Below, in pieces: positions 60,291 through 64,000 of a DNA stretch of 64,000 nt. The stretch lies in the NCBI RefSeq assembly GCF_964355755.1, contig NC_092675.1, positions 21,858,912 to 21,922,911 on the forward strand, written 5' to 3'. The notes under the pieces are model-generated. The model was given only the letters and a program-made list of their open reading frames with translations. It was not told the DNA's origin and did not search any database. The stretch comes from Antedon mediterranea. Its lineage: Eukaryota; Animalia; Echinodermata. The first letter of the stretch is position 1. The number at the start of each line of letters is the position of its first letter. A program made the translations under genes and the position numbers.

Positions 60291-63114
60291 ATACAACCTA
60301 ATGATTTTGGTACTGAACATCAGTATCAGTGACATAGTATTTTAAGATGTGGATGAGGACATTCTGGAATGTGATTTTTTTTTAAACTCATACTTTAACT
60401 GGTTACCATGCCATAAAGTTGGTTGTCAAAACTTATTGGTCTCAGTCCACAGATATATTTGAAATACTTTTGTACAATTGGTGTTTTAAGGTAGAAAATA
60501 TATAAACAATACTTGCTGTACAGTAAGGGTGATGATAATTATGTGATTTAATCTTGGGCATGCACAGTCTTCCCTCGGTTTCCAAGAAGGAGGCCTTTTT
60601 TACATTAACTTTTACATGTACTTTCTATAGACCTAAATAATATATATTGACATAGACTGACTGCAAGAAATTGGCATGTTTCACGATGTCTAGTACACTA
60701 TTCAGGTTACTGTGCATGCTCTGGTTGAAGGTTCGGGATCTCAGTCAGCACTGAACGACGTAATATGGGATATAATATATATTTTGATGTGGCATTCATT
60801 CATTTTTACATAATTATAAGGTGAATTTACACTAAATTTCATATATTGATTTTTTCCTTTATCATTAAATACTTAAATACGGAGCGTACACCTTTGTAAC
60901 ACCTGCTTTCCTCCGAATTTATCCTGTTTTTTTAAAATAGGTTTTTTGAACTAGAGTTCAAAGCCTTCAGAGTTACACTTTCAATTTGTTTGCTTTGACG
61001 TAACGAAATCTAATATTTTGATAAGCGTTGCACTCAGCTTGAGCCACTTTGTAGCATGATGTTGTATATTACTACCTGTAGAGCGTGGGGAGGTGTAAAC
61101 TGATTCACCTTTTGTGCCAACAAATATATAGCTAATCAAGTGTGATTTTATAATTACTTACTAAATCAAGATTTAATGTGTACTACTATGTTGTTTCAAT
61201 GCTGTAGTCAGGTAGTTGCTGCAATATCATAATAGTAAGTAGGCCTATGTCATGCTTCTTTCATTTGCTAATGCTGAATTAGTGTGATAAAGAAAAAGTT
61301 TAGTACAAACCCTGCTATCTGTAGCTTATGGTAAGCCTGCTTCTAGGCCTACTCAAAGAGTAACAGGGTTAGTTAAAAAGGAAATGAATTTAAAAATAGT
61401 AGACACTTGTATTCCATATGGTAAGTGCTGAGAATGAGCAAATTAACAATGTGCAGGTTAGCTAATTTATCAAGGTTTAATCAATTAATTAAGGCCACTA
61501 ATTAAGTATCAATGTAATTTATTGCACGCACTTTAGCATTCTACTGTAGGGCCGGCTGTTTCTACTGCATAATACCATGGGCAAAATATATATTTCCTCC
61601 GTGATAATAAGTCCACCAAGTATATATACAGTACCTCGAATTGCATTTTCTACTGAGTTTGCGACACCACAACACCAACCTTCCTCCGCAAAAAAAACCC
61701 CATTCAATGTGTGGAGGTCATAGACAACATTATTACTCAATATGCAATGAGCTCATGTTGTCAAATGATCAAGACGCTATTCCAACTCCTGATCTTTTAG
61801 ATTCCAGATGAATAGATCCAAATAAATAGTGGCATGCTTTTGTTTTGAGATAGATAAAGATAGACGGTAATTTAACAGAATATCTAATATGTTATGTATT
61901 CTATATCTATGTTACACAATTGTCATATATATACTGTATATGATGGGGGGGGGGGGGGGAAATCCCATTTGATATCAATGAAAAATTAGGTTTTTCTTAA
62001 CATTAACAACATATCTAAAAAAGAAACATCCATTTTTTTTGGTATGCTAAATGTAATTAAACCATTAACACAAATCCTTTTTTCTTAGAAAATCGTCTCA
62101 AGTGTCACAAACATTAAATAAATTATATACAATGTTTTTGTAAAAACTAATTTGTATAGAATACAATCTGTGCTTAATTCCATTATAGTAAATTAAGTTT
62201 TGCAATCGTATACAGTAATTACAATAGTCTCTAGCCAAGTAATGATGATGTTAAAAATATTGATAATCAGTTTAGAAGCACAAGTGCTCCCTGACGGCAC
62301 AGTGGCTATAGAAGCTTATTTGGATTGAAGTGAACATACACTTTCTTGGCGGGCATTCTCTAACTTTTATACACACATTTAAGTTCATCCTTGCCATTTG
62401 ATTGGTTAATTTAACATACATTATTTGGACTGGTCAATGCTCTCCTGATGGTACAACAAGTTTTCTTAGATAAACACTTAAAACTGGAAGCCCAAAGACT
62501 CGATCCTTTGAAAGATGAAGAGGTCACCCTGTTGTACTTGACCAACTCAGCCCTGTCGTTGGTAGACAGAAGAATGAGCGGCGTTTGGTGTAAGCTCGAA
62601 GAGACCCTTATTAAGGAAGATGTCCACACCTGTACGTAATTCAACCTAGTTAGACTGTGACACATATTATCCTCCAACACATTTACTTTTTTTTTAAGTG
62701 ATGGCCTATGAATAATGCAATAATAAAGCTATGTAAATCAACCTTTCTATTGTAAAGTGTTGAAAAGTATTAATAATATGCCTAATAAAGAGATTTAGGT
62801 AAATTGGCGTGAGTCACATAGGCCGGGATAGATCCATTGAAGGCCAAATGTTACCTTACGTTATGAGTAATAACATTACCCTTGTTGTAAATGTTGTTGC
62901 ATGTAAAGGCTGATATTGCTAGGCCTGATACTATTGATCCCCAATAAGGAAATGTTACACTGATTTAAATTAAATATAAATCAATAGAGCATGGGTTTTG
63001 TACACCATCTAATAATAGCATTGGCGATGAAAACTTAAAGCTTGCATGAAACACATTTCTGGTATAGTTTTTTATCAATTGAATCAAATGTTATGCTTAT
63101 AAAATCAGTGTCTA

Positions 63115-63505
63115 AGGTCCATTTACACTAGACCGATAACGATAAATAGATATACATACATTTTTCTTGCATAAAAGAAAGAAAAATTAGAAAAGTTTTT
63201 GTTCTAAAACTATAGGATAATCATTTATGCTGTCTTTGATAAAAATGTTTTTTTTTAAATCAAATCAAATGATGTCATGATCAATAAAAACAATAACATC
63301 GTTGTATTGTCAAGATATTATTGCTCTTACTAATCATTATTGACGTCATTTGATTGGACGTGTGGAAATATCATTTTCATCAAAGGCAGCATAGATGGCT
63401 ATCCTATAGTTCTAGAAGAGAAACTTGTTAAATTTCTTTTGTTTAAGATATGAAAAATGCATATTTATCTATTTATTGTCAATTATTGTTATTGTAAATG
63501 GGCCT
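63115..63505. mobile_element. Harbinger-like MITE
   Basis: AGGTCCATTTACA...TGTAAATGGGCCT termini with CTA/TTA flanks. Confidence 0.55.
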
Positions 63506-64000
63506 TTATTCACAAATATTAATAAGAAATCAGTCTCATGAATCTAGCATATTTACAGTGTATGAAATACTGAAGTGATTGTCTAATAGCTTTACATTTG
63601 TTATGGTTATTTTGCACTTTTCTACCAATATACAGTACCCAGCTTAAAATCTGCAGCCCTAAACCTTTTGTAAATATCAGTGCAAATATAAAACCCATGT
63701 ATTTGCCAGAAATAATTACAATCCCCTCACAGAAACAATGCTTTTGAGAAACTAGGTAATTTTCTCCTGAAAGTTGTTGAAGCATTCATAACAAATACCG
63801 TAGATTGCGTTGGAGACTGTCTGATTTAATGTAAACTAGAACGCTTAATATAATTTGCCATACTTTAATCAGGCATGTAAATTTTTAAATCCTTCATTTT
63901 TCTAAGATTTATTGTGCTTGATGATTTAATATAGTTATTAAATTACTAAATTAGTTTTCATTTTTATTTTGTCTTTCATGGAGGTCACCTAAGTTTAACA

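Noticed and set aside
61519-61740. 73-aa minus-strand ORF
   Set aside because: No recognisable family, non-ATG start, and it spans a TSD-flanked footprint (61576-61603).

Overview
AT-rich animal genomic DNA with spliceosomal GT-AG introns, most likely a marine invertebrate deuterostome (inference from protein similarity and repeat types). There is no CRISPR or other prokaryotic system. Seven intron-containing genes were assembled by hand. Six form three consecutive head-to-head pairs: SSBP/Ssdp (5' part, minus) with ATG10; GILT/IFI30 (minus) with MMACHC; PGM1 (minus) with SLC38A9. The seventh is a secreted PAN/apple + fibrinogen-domain gene. Introns and spacers are rich in non-autonomous DNA transposons (piggyBac-, Kolobok-, Mutator-, Harbinger/ISL2EU-, Tc1/pogo- and Crypton-like), L2 LINE 3' remnants, Penelope-type hammerhead remnants, two degenerate tRNA-Val(AAC) copies and a 44-bp minisatellite. 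Most notable: (1) two 107-nt duplicated, obligatorily mutually exclusive exons encoding the TM6 region of the lysosomal amino-acid sensor SLC38A9; (2) nine tiny CA...TG palindromes of 19-34 bp, each between 7-bp target-site duplications, whose 34-bp (2x17) ceiling fits excision footprints of P-superfamily transposases; (3) strong excess of TACAGTA/TACTGTA and TAGGCCTA words that may also be excision scars; (4) a three-level nested foldback in ATG10 intron 1. All coordinates were read by eye and no database search was run.
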